From contig VBBY01000003.1 of assembly GCA_005881595.1 (NCBI GenBank), positions 731 through 64,730 on the forward strand: a stretch of DNA of 64,000 nucleotides. Direction: 5' to 3'. The position numbers and the translations under genes are program-made. Numbering within the stretch: position 1 is the first letter of the stretch; each line of letters opens with the position of its first letter. The notes beneath the pieces were generated by a model. The model was not told where the DNA came from. It saw nothing but the letters and a program-made list of their open reading frames with translations, and searched no databases. Shown in pieces: positions 27,733 to 36,449 of the stretch. The DNA comes from Betaproteobacteria bacterium. Its GTDB lineage: Bacteria > Pseudomonadota > Gammaproteobacteria > Burkholderiales > SG8-39.

Positions 27733-29094
27733 ATGGCCGACGCAAGCCTCCGCGGGCAGCTGCTGCGCCTGCTGCTTTTCCCGGTCGCCGGTATCCTGGC
27801 AGTGAGCTCGGTCGCGGCGTACTACCTCGCCCGCGAGCCTGCCACCGATGCCTACGACGGCGCGCTGATCGACGCCGGGATCGCGCTCGCCGATCGCATC
27901 CACGTGCGCGACGGCGCGCTGGCGGTCGACCTGCCGAGCGCTGCCGAGCAGATCCTGCGCACCGACCAGTTCGACACGATCTACTACCTGGTGCGCGACC
28001 CATCGGGCAGGCTGATCGCCGGCGACGCGGGAATCCCGCCGCCGCCCGTCGCGCAGCGCCCGCAGGACCGCTCTGTTTTTTACGACGCAACCTACCGCGA
28101 CACCAGGGTCCGGGCCGCGGCGCTGCTGGCGCCCTGCGGCGGCCAGGTCTGCACCATCACGGTCGCCGAGACGACGCGCAAGCGCGACCGCCTGGTGCGC
28201 GAGATCCTGCTCGGCAGCGTCATGCCGCAGGCGCTGCTCGCGGTGCTGACGCTCGCGCTGGTGTGGTTCGGCGTGGCGCGGGGCCTGGCGCCGCTCGAAC
28301 GGCTCTCCGGCGAGATCCGCAAGCTTTCCCCACGCGACCTGCGGCCGATCGAGCCTGCGCTGGCGCCGGCAGAGACGCACCCGCTGATCGAGGCGCTGAA
28401 CCAGCTGCTGGTGCAGGTCGAGGAATCGAACCGCAACCAGCAGCGCTTCCTCGCCAACGCCGCGCACCAGCTGCGCACGCCGCTCGCGGGACTGCGCACG
28501 CATGCCGAGCTCGCGCTTGCCCAGCCGCTCCCGGAGGAGACCCGGGCCGAGATCGAGCAGGTGCACAGCGCCACCGTGCGCATCGCGCGGCTGGCGAACC
28601 AGCTGCTGGCCCTGGCGCGCGCCGAGCCCGGCGGGCGGGTCGAGCCGCATTCGGCGGTGGACCTGAAGGGGCTGGCGGAAGGCGCGGCCGACGAATGGGT
28701 GCACAGCGCGCTCGCGCGCGAGCTCGACCTCGGCTTCGAGCTCGCGCCGGCGAGCGTTCGCGGAGACGCCTTTCTCCTGCGCGAGGCGCTCGGCAACCTG
28801 GTCCACAACTCGATCGAGTACGTGCCGCGCGGCGGCCACATTACGGTGCGCACCGGGGCGCGGAACGGGCGGCCGTTCATGGAGATCGAGGATGACGGCT
28901 CGGGCATCCCGCCCCAGGAGCGCGGGCGCGTCCTGGAACGCTTCTACCGCATGCCCGGCACCACGGGCACCGGCAGCGGCCTGGGCCTCGCCATCGTGCG
29001 CGAGATCGTGGCCGGCCACGGTGCGGCGCTCGAAATCAGCCATGGCATGGGCGGCCGCGGCTGCCGAGTTGCGATAACATTTCCGCATGGATAG
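27733..29094 (+). CDS. Sensor histidine kinase (TctE-like, 2CSK_N-type periplasmic domain)
   Basis: Two TM segments, YDGALID, H-box AAHQLRTPL, NLVHN, DDGSG and GSGLGL. Confidence 0.92.
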   Translation: MADASLRGQLLRLLLFPVAGILAVSSVAAYYLAREPATDAYDGALIDAGIALADRIHVRDGALAVDLPSAAEQILRTDQFDTIYYLVRDPSGRLIAGDAGIPPPPVAQRPQDRSVFYDATYRDTRVRAAALLAPCGGQVCTITVAETTRKRDRLVREILLGSVMPQALLAVLTLALVWFGVARGLAPLERLSGEIRKLSPRDLRPIEPALAPAETHPLIEALNQLLVQVEESNRNQQRFLANAAHQLRTPLAGLRTHAELALAQPLPEETRAEIEQVHSATVRIARLANQLLALARAEPGGRVEPHSAVDLKGLAEGAADEWVHSALARELDLGFELAPASVRGDAFLLREALGNLVHNSIEYVPRGGHITVRTGARNGRPFMEIEDDGSGIPPQERGRVLERFYRMPGTTGTGSGLGLAIVREIVAGHGAALEISHGMGGRGCRVAITFPHG

Positions 29095-30100
29095 CGTCGA
29101 TATCGAGGTTCTGCGCACCGCCGAGGCGTGGCGCAAGCAAGGCCGGCGGGTTGCGCTGGGCACCATTGTCAAGACCTGGGGCTCCGCCCCCCGTCCGGTG
29201 GGGGCGATGGTCGCGATCCGCGACGACGGTCAGGTGGTCGGCTCGGTGTCGGGCGGCTGCGTCGAGGACGACCTGATCGACAAGGTCAAAGCCCGGGTGG
29301 TCGCCGCGACCAGGCCCGAGCTCGTCACCTATGGCGTCACCAACGAGGAGGCGACGCGCTGGGGACTGCCCTGCGGCGGAACGCTGCAACTTGTCCTGGA
29401 ACCCCTGACTGACCATAGCCGCATCGCGGAATTGCTCGACCGAATCTCGCAACAGCAGCTCGTGAAACGGCGCCTGGAGATGGGCAGCGGCCGCGCCACG
29501 CTCGAACCGGGGCGCTGGCAGGATGTGCTCGAGTTCGACGGCAAGCTGCTGAGCGCGGTGCACGGCCCCCGCTGGCGGCTGGTGCTGATCGGCGCAGGCC
29601 AGCTCACGCGCTATCTCGCCGAGATGGCGCACATGCTCGACTACCACGTCAGCGTGATCGATCCGCGCGAGGAATACGCGAACGGCTGGGACCTGGCCGG
29701 CGTGCCGCTCAACCGCGGCATGCCCGACGACGTGGTGCGCGAGCTGAACCTGGATGGCCACAGCGCGATCGTCGCGCTCACGCATGACCCGAAGCTGGAT
29801 GATCTCGCGCTGATGGAAGCGCTCAAGTCGGCGGCGTTCTATGTCGGTGCCATCGGCTCGAAGAAGAACAACGATGCGCGGCGCGAGCGCCTGCGCGAGT
29901 TCGACGTGTCCGCCGAGGAGATCGCGCGGCTGCGCGGCCCGGTCGGGCTCTACATCGGCTCGAAGACGCCGCCCGAGATCGCGGTGGCGATCCTCGCCGA
30001 AATGACCGCGGTGCGCCACGGCGTGAGCGAGCCGACCTGGGCCGCCAAGCCCGAGCGCCGCTTCGATCCTTCCGCCTGCGAAGTCAAGACGACGACTTGA
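29087..30100 (+). CDS. xdhC: XdhC/CoxF-family molybdo-hydroxylase maturation factor
   Basis: WGSAPRP, GSVSGGCVE, GLPCGG, LTHDPKLDD, YVGAIGS and TPPEIAVAI motifs. Confidence 0.92.
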   Translation: MDSVDIEVLRTAEAWRKQGRRVALGTIVKTWGSAPRPVGAMVAIRDDGQVVGSVSGGCVEDDLIDKVKARVVAATRPELVTYGVTNEEATRWGLPCGGTLQLVLEPLTDHSRIAELLDRISQQQLVKRRLEMGSGRATLEPGRWQDVLEFDGKLLSAVHGPRWRLVLIGAGQLTRYLAEMAHMLDYHVSVIDPREEYANGWDLAGVPLNRGMPDDVVRELNLDGHSAIVALTHDPKLDDLALMEALKSAAFYVGAIGSKKNNDARRERLREFDVSAEEIARLRGPVGLYIGSKTPPEIAVAILAEMTAVRHGVSEPTWAAKPERRFDPSACEVKTTT

Positions 30101-30678
30101 AGAACATCGTCGGGCTCCTGCTTGCCGCGGGATCCGCGAAGCGCTTCGGTTCCGACAAGCTGCAACATCCGCTGCCGCACGGCGTATCCATCGCCGTGCA
30201 GGCGGCGCGCCATTTGAAGTCCGAACTCGACAGGGTGGTCGCCGTCACCAAGCCTGGCGCCGACGAGCTCGCGGCGCAGCTCAAGAACGAAGGCTGCGAG
30301 GTGACAGTGTGCGAGAACGCCGCCGATGGCATGGGGGCGAGCCTCGCCTGCGCGGCCCGCGCCGCGGGTGAAGCCGACGGCTACCTGGTGGCGCTCGGCG
30401 ATATGCCATTCGTGCGCCGCACGTCGATTGCCGCGGTGCGCGCGGCTCTCGCCGACGGCGCAGCGCTCGCCGCTCCCTATTTCCGCGCGCGGCGCGGCCA
30501 CCCGGTCGGCATGGCGGGAAGCTTTTACGCGGAGCTGCTGAGGCTGCGCGGCGACGAGGGCGCCAAGCGCCTGCTCGCCGCGCACGAGAATCGCCTCGTG
30601 AAAATTCCGGTCGGCGATCCCGGGGTGGTGCGCGACATCGATACGCGGGACGACCTCACGCCGCCGCTGCGAATCTGA
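30097..30678 (+). CDS. mocA: MocA-like nucleotidyltransferase (molybdenum cofactor cytidylyltransferase)
   Basis: LLAAGSAKRFGSDK, GMGASL, LGDMP, GHPV, GDEGAK and DIDT motifs; adjacent to xdhC. Confidence 0.85.
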   Translation: MKNIVGLLLAAGSAKRFGSDKLQHPLPHGVSIAVQAARHLKSELDRVVAVTKPGADELAAQLKNEGCEVTVCENAADGMGASLACAARAAGEADGYLVALGDMPFVRRTSIAAVRAALADGAALAAPYFRARRGHPVGMAGSFYAELLRLRGDEGAKRLLAAHENRLVKIPVGDPGVVRDIDTRDDLTPPLRI

Positions 30679-30710
30679 CGTATGATCGCCGCGGGAGGAT
30701 AGGCAGGAGC

Positions 30711-31610
30711 GTGGCACAGAACCCGCGGCGCGCAGTGCTTTTTGCCGACGTCTGCGACAGCACCGCGATCTACGAATCGCTCGGTGACACGAAAGCGCTC
30801 GCGCTCATCAACCGGCTGCTGCGGCAGCTGGACGAGAAAGTCGCCCAATGCAGCGGCGCCGTGGTCAAGAGGCTCGGTGACGGCATGGTGTGCCAGTTTT
30901 CCGCCCCCGACGCGGCGCTGCGCGCAGCCTGCGAGATGCAGACGGCCGCATTCGATGTTGCGCCGGGCGACCATCCAAAGCTCGCCATCAAGGTGGTGTT
31001 TACCTATGGCCCGGTCATCATGGAGGGCGCCGATGTGTTCGGCGACACGGTGAACCTAACTGCGCGCCTGGTTGCCTTGGCCAATCCCGAGCAGATCCTC
31101 ACCACGCAGCAGACGGTCGATTCGCTCGCCCCGGAGCTGCAGGCGCGCTGCCGGCCGCTGTACCCGATGAAAATCCGCGGCAAATCCGACGAGGTCATGG
31201 TTTGCGACGTCGTGTGGCGCCGCGACGCCGACCTCACCGAGACCTTGCGGCGCCCTGGCGACGTCCCGAGCCAATGGAACCTGAAGCTCGCTTATGGCGG
31301 CAGCATGTGCACGGTCGAGCCGGCGGGCTCGGTGCGCCTGGGACGCGACAAGGCGAACGACGTCGTCGTCGCCAGCACCCGCGCGTCGCGCGTGCACGCG
31401 CGCATCTTCGGCCGCCACGGCAACTTCGTGATCGCCGACCAGTCCTCGAACGGTACCTTTGTCCTGATCGACGGCAACAGCCGGGAGATGGTGCTGCGGC
31501 GTGAGGAAGCGGTGCTCGGCGAGCGCGGCTGGATCGGCCTCGGCGAGTCCGCGGCCTCGCACGGCGATCACGTGCTGCGCTTTCGCCTCGAGCGCCAGAA
31601 GAGTCAGTAA
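30711..31610 (+). CDS. Class III adenylate cyclase with C-terminal FHA domain
   Basis: LFADV, VKRLGDG and DVFGDTVNLTARL motifs; FHA motifs LGRD, ASRVHA and DQSSNGT. Confidence 0.9.
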   Translation: MAQNPRRAVLFADVCDSTAIYESLGDTKALALINRLLRQLDEKVAQCSGAVVKRLGDGMVCQFSAPDAALRAACEMQTAAFDVAPGDHPKLAIKVVFTYGPVIMEGADVFGDTVNLTARLVALANPEQILTTQQTVDSLAPELQARCRPLYPMKIRGKSDEVMVCDVVWRRDADLTETLRRPGDVPSQWNLKLAYGGSMCTVEPAGSVRLGRDKANDVVVASTRASRVHARIFGRHGNFVIADQSSNGTFVLIDGNSREMVLRREEAVLGERGWIGLGESAASHGDHVLRFRLERQKSQ

Positions 31611-31634
31611 CATAGGCGCTTTTGCGCCGCTGCC

Positions 31635-32876
31635 ATGTTCGCCCCCAACCTCCTCGCGCAGGCCGACCCGGAAGTCTGGAACGCAGTCCACCTCGAGCAC
31701 CGCCGGCAGGACGACCACGTCGAGCTGATCGCCTCCGAGAACTACGTCAGCCCGGCCGTGCTGATCGCGCACGGCACCCAGCTCACCAACAAGTACGCCG
31801 AGGGCTACCCCGGCAAGCGCTACTACGGCGGCTGCGAATACGTCGACATGGTCGAGACCATTGCGCTCGAGCGCGCCAAGCAGCTGTTCGGCGCGCCCTG
31901 GGCGAATGTGCAGCCGCATTCGGGCTCGCAGGCCAACCAGGCGGTTTACGCCGCGGCGCTGCGGCCGGGCGACACGCTGCTCGGCATGTCGCTCGCGCAC
32001 GGCGGCCACCTCACGCACGGCTCATCGGTCAACTACTCGGGCAAGCTCTACAAGGTCATCTCCTATGGCCTCAGCGAGGACGAGGAGATCGATTACGCGC
32101 AGGCCGAGCGCCTTGCGATGGAGCACCGGCCGCGCTTGATCGTGAGCGGCGCGTCGGCGTACGCGCCGGCCATCGACTGGAAGCGCTTTCGCGCCATCGC
32201 CGACAAGGCGGGCGCGCTGCTGATGGCGGACATGGCGCATTACGCCGGGCTGATTGCCGCCGGGCTTTATCCGTCCCCCATCGGCATTGCCGACTTCGTG
32301 ACTACCACCACGCACAAGACGCTGCGCGGGCCGCGCGGGGGCCTGATCTTCGGCACGCCGGAGCAGGAAAAGGCGGTCAACGCGGCTGTGTTCCCCGGCA
32401 TCCAGGGCGGGCCGCTGATGCACGTCATCGCCGCCAAGGCGGTGGCGCTGGGCGAGGCGCTGAAGCCGGAGTTCAAGTCCTACCAGGGACGCGTGCTCGA
32501 AAACGCGCGCGCCATGGTGAAGGTATTCACCGAGCGGGGCGTGCGCGTCGTTTCGGGACGCACCGACTGCCACATGTTCCTGCTCGACCTGCGCAGGCTC
32601 GGCATCACCGGCAGGGACGCCGAGTCCGCGCTCGGGCGGGCGCACATCACGCTCAACAAGAACGCCATCCCCAACGACCCGCAGAAGCCGATGGTGACGA
32701 GCGGCGTGCGCGTTGGCACCCCGGCGATGACGACGCGCGGCTTGCGCAAGCCGGAGGCTGAAAAGCTCGCCCACCTCATCTGCGACGTGCTCGAAACGCC
32801 CGCCGACGAAACGAGGCTCGAGCGCGTCGCCGAAGAGGTCAGGGCGCTCTGCGCGAGGTTTCCCGTCTACGCATGA
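31635..32876 (+). CDS. glyA: Serine hydroxymethyltransferase
   Basis: [33 protein letters not shown] and NKNAIP motifs. Confidence 0.97.
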   Translation: MFAPNLLAQADPEVWNAVHLEHRRQDDHVELIASENYVSPAVLIAHGTQLTNKYAEGYPGKRYYGGCEYVDMVETIALERAKQLFGAPWANVQPHSGSQANQAVYAAALRPGDTLLGMSLAHGGHLTHGSSVNYSGKLYKVISYGLSEDEEIDYAQAERLAMEHRPRLIVSGASAYAPAIDWKRFRAIADKAGALLMADMAHYAGLIAAGLYPSPIGIADFVTTTTHKTLRGPRGGLIFGTPEQEKAVNAAVFPGIQGGPLMHVIAAKAVALGEALKPEFKSYQGRVLENARAMVKVFTERGVRVVSGRTDCHMFLLDLRRLGITGRDAESALGRAHITLNKNAIPNDPQKPMVTSGVRVGTPAMTTRGLRKPEAEKLAHLICDVLETPADETRLERVAEEVRALCARFPVYA

Positions 32877-33340
32877 AATGCCCGTTCTGCGGCTCGGCCG
32901 ACACCCAGGTGGTCGACACCCGGGCGAGCCTCGAGGCCAACACCATCCGCCGCCGCAGAAAGTGCGTGCGTTGCGAGAAGCGCTTTACCACCTACGAGCG
33001 CGTGGACCTGAAGATGCCGCGCCTGGTGAAGAAGGACGGCAGCCGCACCGACTTCGACCGCGACAAGCTGACGGGCAGCATGAGGCTCGCGCTGCGCAAG
33101 CGCCCGGTCGCGACCGACGCGGTCGAGGCCGCCGTCGACCGGGTGATCGAGCGGCTGCGCTCGCTCGGCGAGCGCGAAGTGCCGACCAGCCGCGTCGGCG
33201 ACTTCGTGATCCGCGAGCTCGCCAAGCTCGACAAGATAGCCTACATCCGCTTTGCCTCGGTGTACCGCAGCTTCGAGACGCCGGACGATTTCCGCGAGGC
33301 GGTGCAGGAAGTGAAGTCCGCGCGCAAACGGCGCAGGTGA
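32873..33340 (+). CDS. nrdR: Transcriptional repressor NrdR
   Basis: MKCPFC zinc ribbon, IRRRRKC, RFTTYE and AYIRFASVY. Confidence 0.97.
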   Translation: MKCPFCGSADTQVVDTRASLEANTIRRRRKCVRCEKRFTTYERVDLKMPRLVKKDGSRTDFDRDKLTGSMRLALRKRPVATDAVEAAVDRVIERLRSLGEREVPTSRVGDFVIRELAKLDKIAYIRFASVYRSFETPDDFREAVQEVKSARKRRR

Positions 33341-34422
33341 CAGCAGCTTCAGTGACCCCGTTTGGGTCGTTCGATCACGCCATGATGGGGCGGGCGCTTT
33401 CGCTCGCTGAAAAAGGCTTGTATACCGCCACGCCGAATCCGCGCGTCGGCTGCGTCATTACCCGCAACGAGGAAATCGTCGGCGAGGGCTGGCACGAGAA
33501 GCCGGGCGAGCCGCACGCCGAAGTGCTCGCGCTTCGCGCAGCGGGCGAACGCGCGGCGAATGCCACCATCTACGTCAACCTCGAGCCCTGCAATCACCAA
33601 GGGCGCACTCCGCCTTGTGTCGAGGCGCTGGTCAAGTCGAAAGTCGGGCGCGTCGTAGCGGCGATGCGTGACCCGAATCCAGTCGCCGCGCACGGCGGCG
33701 AAGCTCTCATCAGCGCCGGTATCGCGTTCGAGCACGGCCTGCTTGAGGACGAGGCCCGCGAGCTGAACATCGGCTTCGTCTCGCGCATGACGCGCGGCCG
33801 GCCGTGGGTGCGGCTCAAGGTGGCGGCCACGCTTGATGGCCGCACCGCGCTTGCCGACGGCAAATCGCAATGGATCACGGGACCGGCGGCGCGGCGCGAC
33901 GGGCATCGCTGGCGGGCTCGCGCCTGCGCCGTGCTGACGGGGATCGGAACGGTCAGCGCCGACGACCCCCGGCTCACGGTGCGCGATATCGAGACGCCGC
34001 GCCAGCCGCTGCGCGTGATCGTGGATAGCCGGCTGGAGACGCCCGCCACGGCGCGGATTCTGGAAGGCGGCAACGTGCTGATCTTTACCGCCGGCACGGG
34101 CAAGGGGCCACGCGGCGCAGAGGTGGTTCGGCTGCCGAATCCCGATCGGAAGGTCGACCTGCCGCGCATGCTGGAGGAGCTGGCTCGGCGCGGCATCAAT
34201 GAATTGCAGGTCGAGGCCGGCTTCCGGCTGAATGGATCGCTCGTGCGCGAGGGCTGCGTCGACGAGTTTCTGGTGTACCTGAACCCGAGTTTCCTCGGCG
34301 AGGCGGCGCAGGGGATGCTCGATCTTCCCGCGCTCGCCGCGCTCGGGGAGAGGCGCAGGCTGAGGCTGCTATCGGTCGAGCGCCTCGGCGACGACCTGCG
34401 CATCGTCGCGCGACCCGCATAG
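33337..34422 (+). CDS. ribD: Bifunctional riboflavin deaminase/reductase
   Basis: [34 protein letters not shown] and VEAG motifs. Confidence 0.95.
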   Translation: MTAASVTPFGSFDHAMMGRALSLAEKGLYTATPNPRVGCVITRNEEIVGEGWHEKPGEPHAEVLALRAAGERAANATIYVNLEPCNHQGRTPPCVEALVKSKVGRVVAAMRDPNPVAAHGGEALISAGIAFEHGLLEDEARELNIGFVSRMTRGRPWVRLKVAATLDGRTALADGKSQWITGPAARRDGHRWRARACAVLTGIGTVSADDPRLTVRDIETPRQPLRVIVDSRLETPATARILEGGNVLIFTAGTGKGPRGAEVVRLPNPDRKVDLPRMLEELARRGINELQVEAGFRLNGSLVREGCVDEFLVYLNPSFLGEAAQGMLDLPALAALGERRRLRLLSVERLGDDLRIVARPA

Positions 34423-35271
34423 CGTCGCGGCCAGCAGATCCACCGCGACCTGCGCGCTGCGCCCGCCCTTGTCGAGCCGCGGGCAATATTCGACCAGCTC
34501 GACTGCGGCGAGACCAGGCCTGCCGCCGATGCCCTCCAGCGCCCGCGCGAGCTCGGCACCACCCAGCCCGCCCTCTGCCGGTACCGCCACGCCCGGCGCG
34601 TCTTCCGGCGTCACTACGTCGAGATCGATGCTGATGCCGAATCCTGCCGTGTCTTGCGATGCGATGCGTAGCGCCTCGTCGAGCGCCCTCCGGAGACCGC
34701 GCTGCCGGACTTCTTCCATCAGGTACACGCGCACGCCCAGGCGCGCGAGCCGCTCGGACTCCTCGGGCTCATAGCTGCGCACGCCGACGAGGCAGACGTG
34801 GCGCGGATCCAGCACGCCTGACGCCAGGCCGTAGAGCGGGTCGTCGTCCTGCCCGAGGAGCCAGGCGAGCGGCATGCCGTGCAGGCGCCCGGTGTGGCTG
34901 GTCCCGGGGGTGTGGCTGTCCATGTGTGCATCCACCCACACCAGGCCCAGGTCGCCGCGCAGGCTGCGCGCCACGCCGGTCCATGTTCCTCCCGCGCAGG
35001 TGTGATCGCCGCCGAGCACGCAGGGCAACCTGCCGTGGCGCAGCGAGTCAGCGACCGCTGCAGCAAGAAGGCTGCACAGCCTGCTTACCGCGACCTGCTT
35101 GCGCCGCTCGGTCGGCGACGGCCGCAGAATCGGGCCGGGCAGCGTCGGAATGCCGTACTCGCGCAGGCGCGAAAGGAGGAGCGGCGCGAGCACCGCGGGC
35201 GCGTCGGCGCACCCGGGATCCACGCCTCCAAGGCCCCAAGCCGCGCTGATTAATTCCACCTGCCGCTGCAT
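34369..35271 (-). CDS. Arginase family ureohydrolase
   Basis: GGDH, VDAHMD, HGMP, SIDLD and ELVEY Mn-binding motifs. Confidence 0.9.
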   Translation of the reverse strand: MQRQVELISAAWGLGGVDPGCADAPAVLAPLLLSRLREYGIPTLPGPILRPSPTERRKQVAVSRLCSLLAAAVADSLRHGRLPCVLGGDHTCAGGTWTGVARSLRGDLGLVWVDAHMDSHTPGTSHTGRLHGMPLAWLLGQDDDPLYGLASGVLDPRHVCLVGVRSYEPEESERLARLGVRVYLMEEVRQRGLRRALDEALRIASQDTAGFGISIDLDVVTPEDAPGVAVPAEGGLGGAELARALEGIGGRPGLAAVELVEYCPRLDKGGRSAQVAVDLLAATLCGSRDDAQVVAEALDR

Positions 35272-35315
35272 GGCTACAGTATGACCTTATTTCTTTTGGG
35301 TTACCCTTCGCTGCC

Positions 35316-35891
35316 ATGTTCACAGGCATCGTGCAGGCGGTGGGGAAGATCGTGCGCGTTCATCCGCTGGAGGTGGAATGCCCCGCCCTCGGTCTGGCCG
35401 ACATCGCGGTGGGCGACTCGATCTGCGTGCAAGGGGTGTGCCTCACTGTTTCGGCGATCACCTCGCGTGGATTTACGGCCGACGTGTCGGGCGAAACGCT
35501 GCGCGTCACCTCGGGGCTGGACCGACCGGGCGAGGTGAACCTGGAGAAGGCGCTCGCCATGGGCGGGCGCCTCGGCGGCCACCTGGTCACCGGGCACGTC
35601 GACGGAGTAGGCGAAGTGCTGCAGTTCGCGAACGGCTTGCTTCAGGTTCGTGCCCCGCCGGACCTGAAACGCTACATCGCCGGCAAAGGCTCCATTTGCG
35701 TCGATGGGGTCAGCCTGACCGTGAACCGGGTCGAGGGCGACATTTTCGAAGTGAATCTCGTCCCGCACACCCTCAAGGTCACGACGCTGGCGCGGCTCGC
35801 ACCGGGTGCGAAAGTGAATCTCGAAGTGGACCTGATTGCACGCTACGTCTATCGGGTTCTCAATACCGACGAAACAAAACGCCCGCGATGA
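35316..35891 (+). CDS. ribE: Riboflavin synthase (alpha chain)
   Basis: MFTGIV, GDSICVQGVCLT, GHLVTGHVDG and NLEVD motifs. Confidence 0.96.
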   Translation: MFTGIVQAVGKIVRVHPLEVECPALGLADIAVGDSICVQGVCLTVSAITSRGFTADVSGETLRVTSGLDRPGEVNLEKALAMGGRLGGHLVTGHVDGVGEVLQFANGLLQVRAPPDLKRYIAGKGSICVDGVSLTVNRVEGDIFEVNLVPHTLKVTTLARLAPGAKVNLEVDLIARYVYRVLNTDETKRPR

Positions 35892-35903
35892 AGCGGGCGT
35901 TTT
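35876..35903. terminator. Bidirectional intrinsic terminator AAAACGCCCGC-GATGAA-GCGGGCGTTTT
   Basis: 11-bp perfect inverted repeat with A/T tails between convergent genes. Confidence 0.85.
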
Positions 35904-35917
35904 GCCGACGACCAAGG

Positions 35918-36274
35918 CTAGCGCTTATACATGTACCACCACACCGCCGCCGCGATGACGATGATGAGGAGCACTGCGCCGCTATCCGCGCCGGCAGGCA
36001 GTGACTCGAGCCTGTTGGCGAGCGTCGCGATTTCCTGATCGCTCATTGCCTGAACCCGATCTTTCGCCTGTGCGGGATCTATGCCAAGCGCCTGGAGTTG
36101 ACTGGCTACCTCGGCACGGCTGAGCATGCTAAGAACAGCCGTGCGGTCGCCGTGGTTAGCAGTCGAGGCGACCTGCTCGGTGCCGATCATTCCTGCCTGT
36201 GCCATTTGAAATGGCGTCCAGGCCATCAGCGCGATCAAGATGCGGCAAAGCGTGTTATTCATTATGCGGTTCAT
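35918..36274 (-). CDS. PA2779-family exported protein
   Basis: Signal peptide, AGMIGTEQ, LQALGIDP, RVQAMSDQEI and hydrophobic C-terminus. Confidence 0.85.
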   Translation of the reverse strand: MNRIMNNTLCRILIALMAWTPFQMAQAGMIGTEQVASTANHGDRTAVLSMLSRAEVASQLQALGIDPAQAKDRVQAMSDQEIATLANRLESLPAGADSGAVLLIIVIAAAVWWYMYKR

Positions 36275-36331
36275 CTGCGCTCCAGAGGTTGGTTAAGAGG
36301 GGAGGCTTCACGGCCAGCTTGCCGTGACCTG

Positions 36332-36361
36332 AATCTAGTTTCTGTCAGTCCGCGAAGTCAA
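36332..36361 (-). promoter_or_regulatory. Putative sigma70 promoter TTGACT-N18-TAGATT for the PA2779-family gene
   Basis: Consensus match upstream of the gene. Confidence 0.55.
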
Positions 36362-36449
36362 GAACGAATGCGTTTATTCATCCGCGCGCCGCAACAGGCT
36401 GTTGCGAAGTTCCGAATCCGGCCAGGCACTCTGTGACATAAGTCTCATC

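Noticed and set aside
32878-33336. N-terminal extension of RibD (514-aa ORF)
   Set aside because: Off-frame reading of nrdR; RibD similarity begins after GTG33337.
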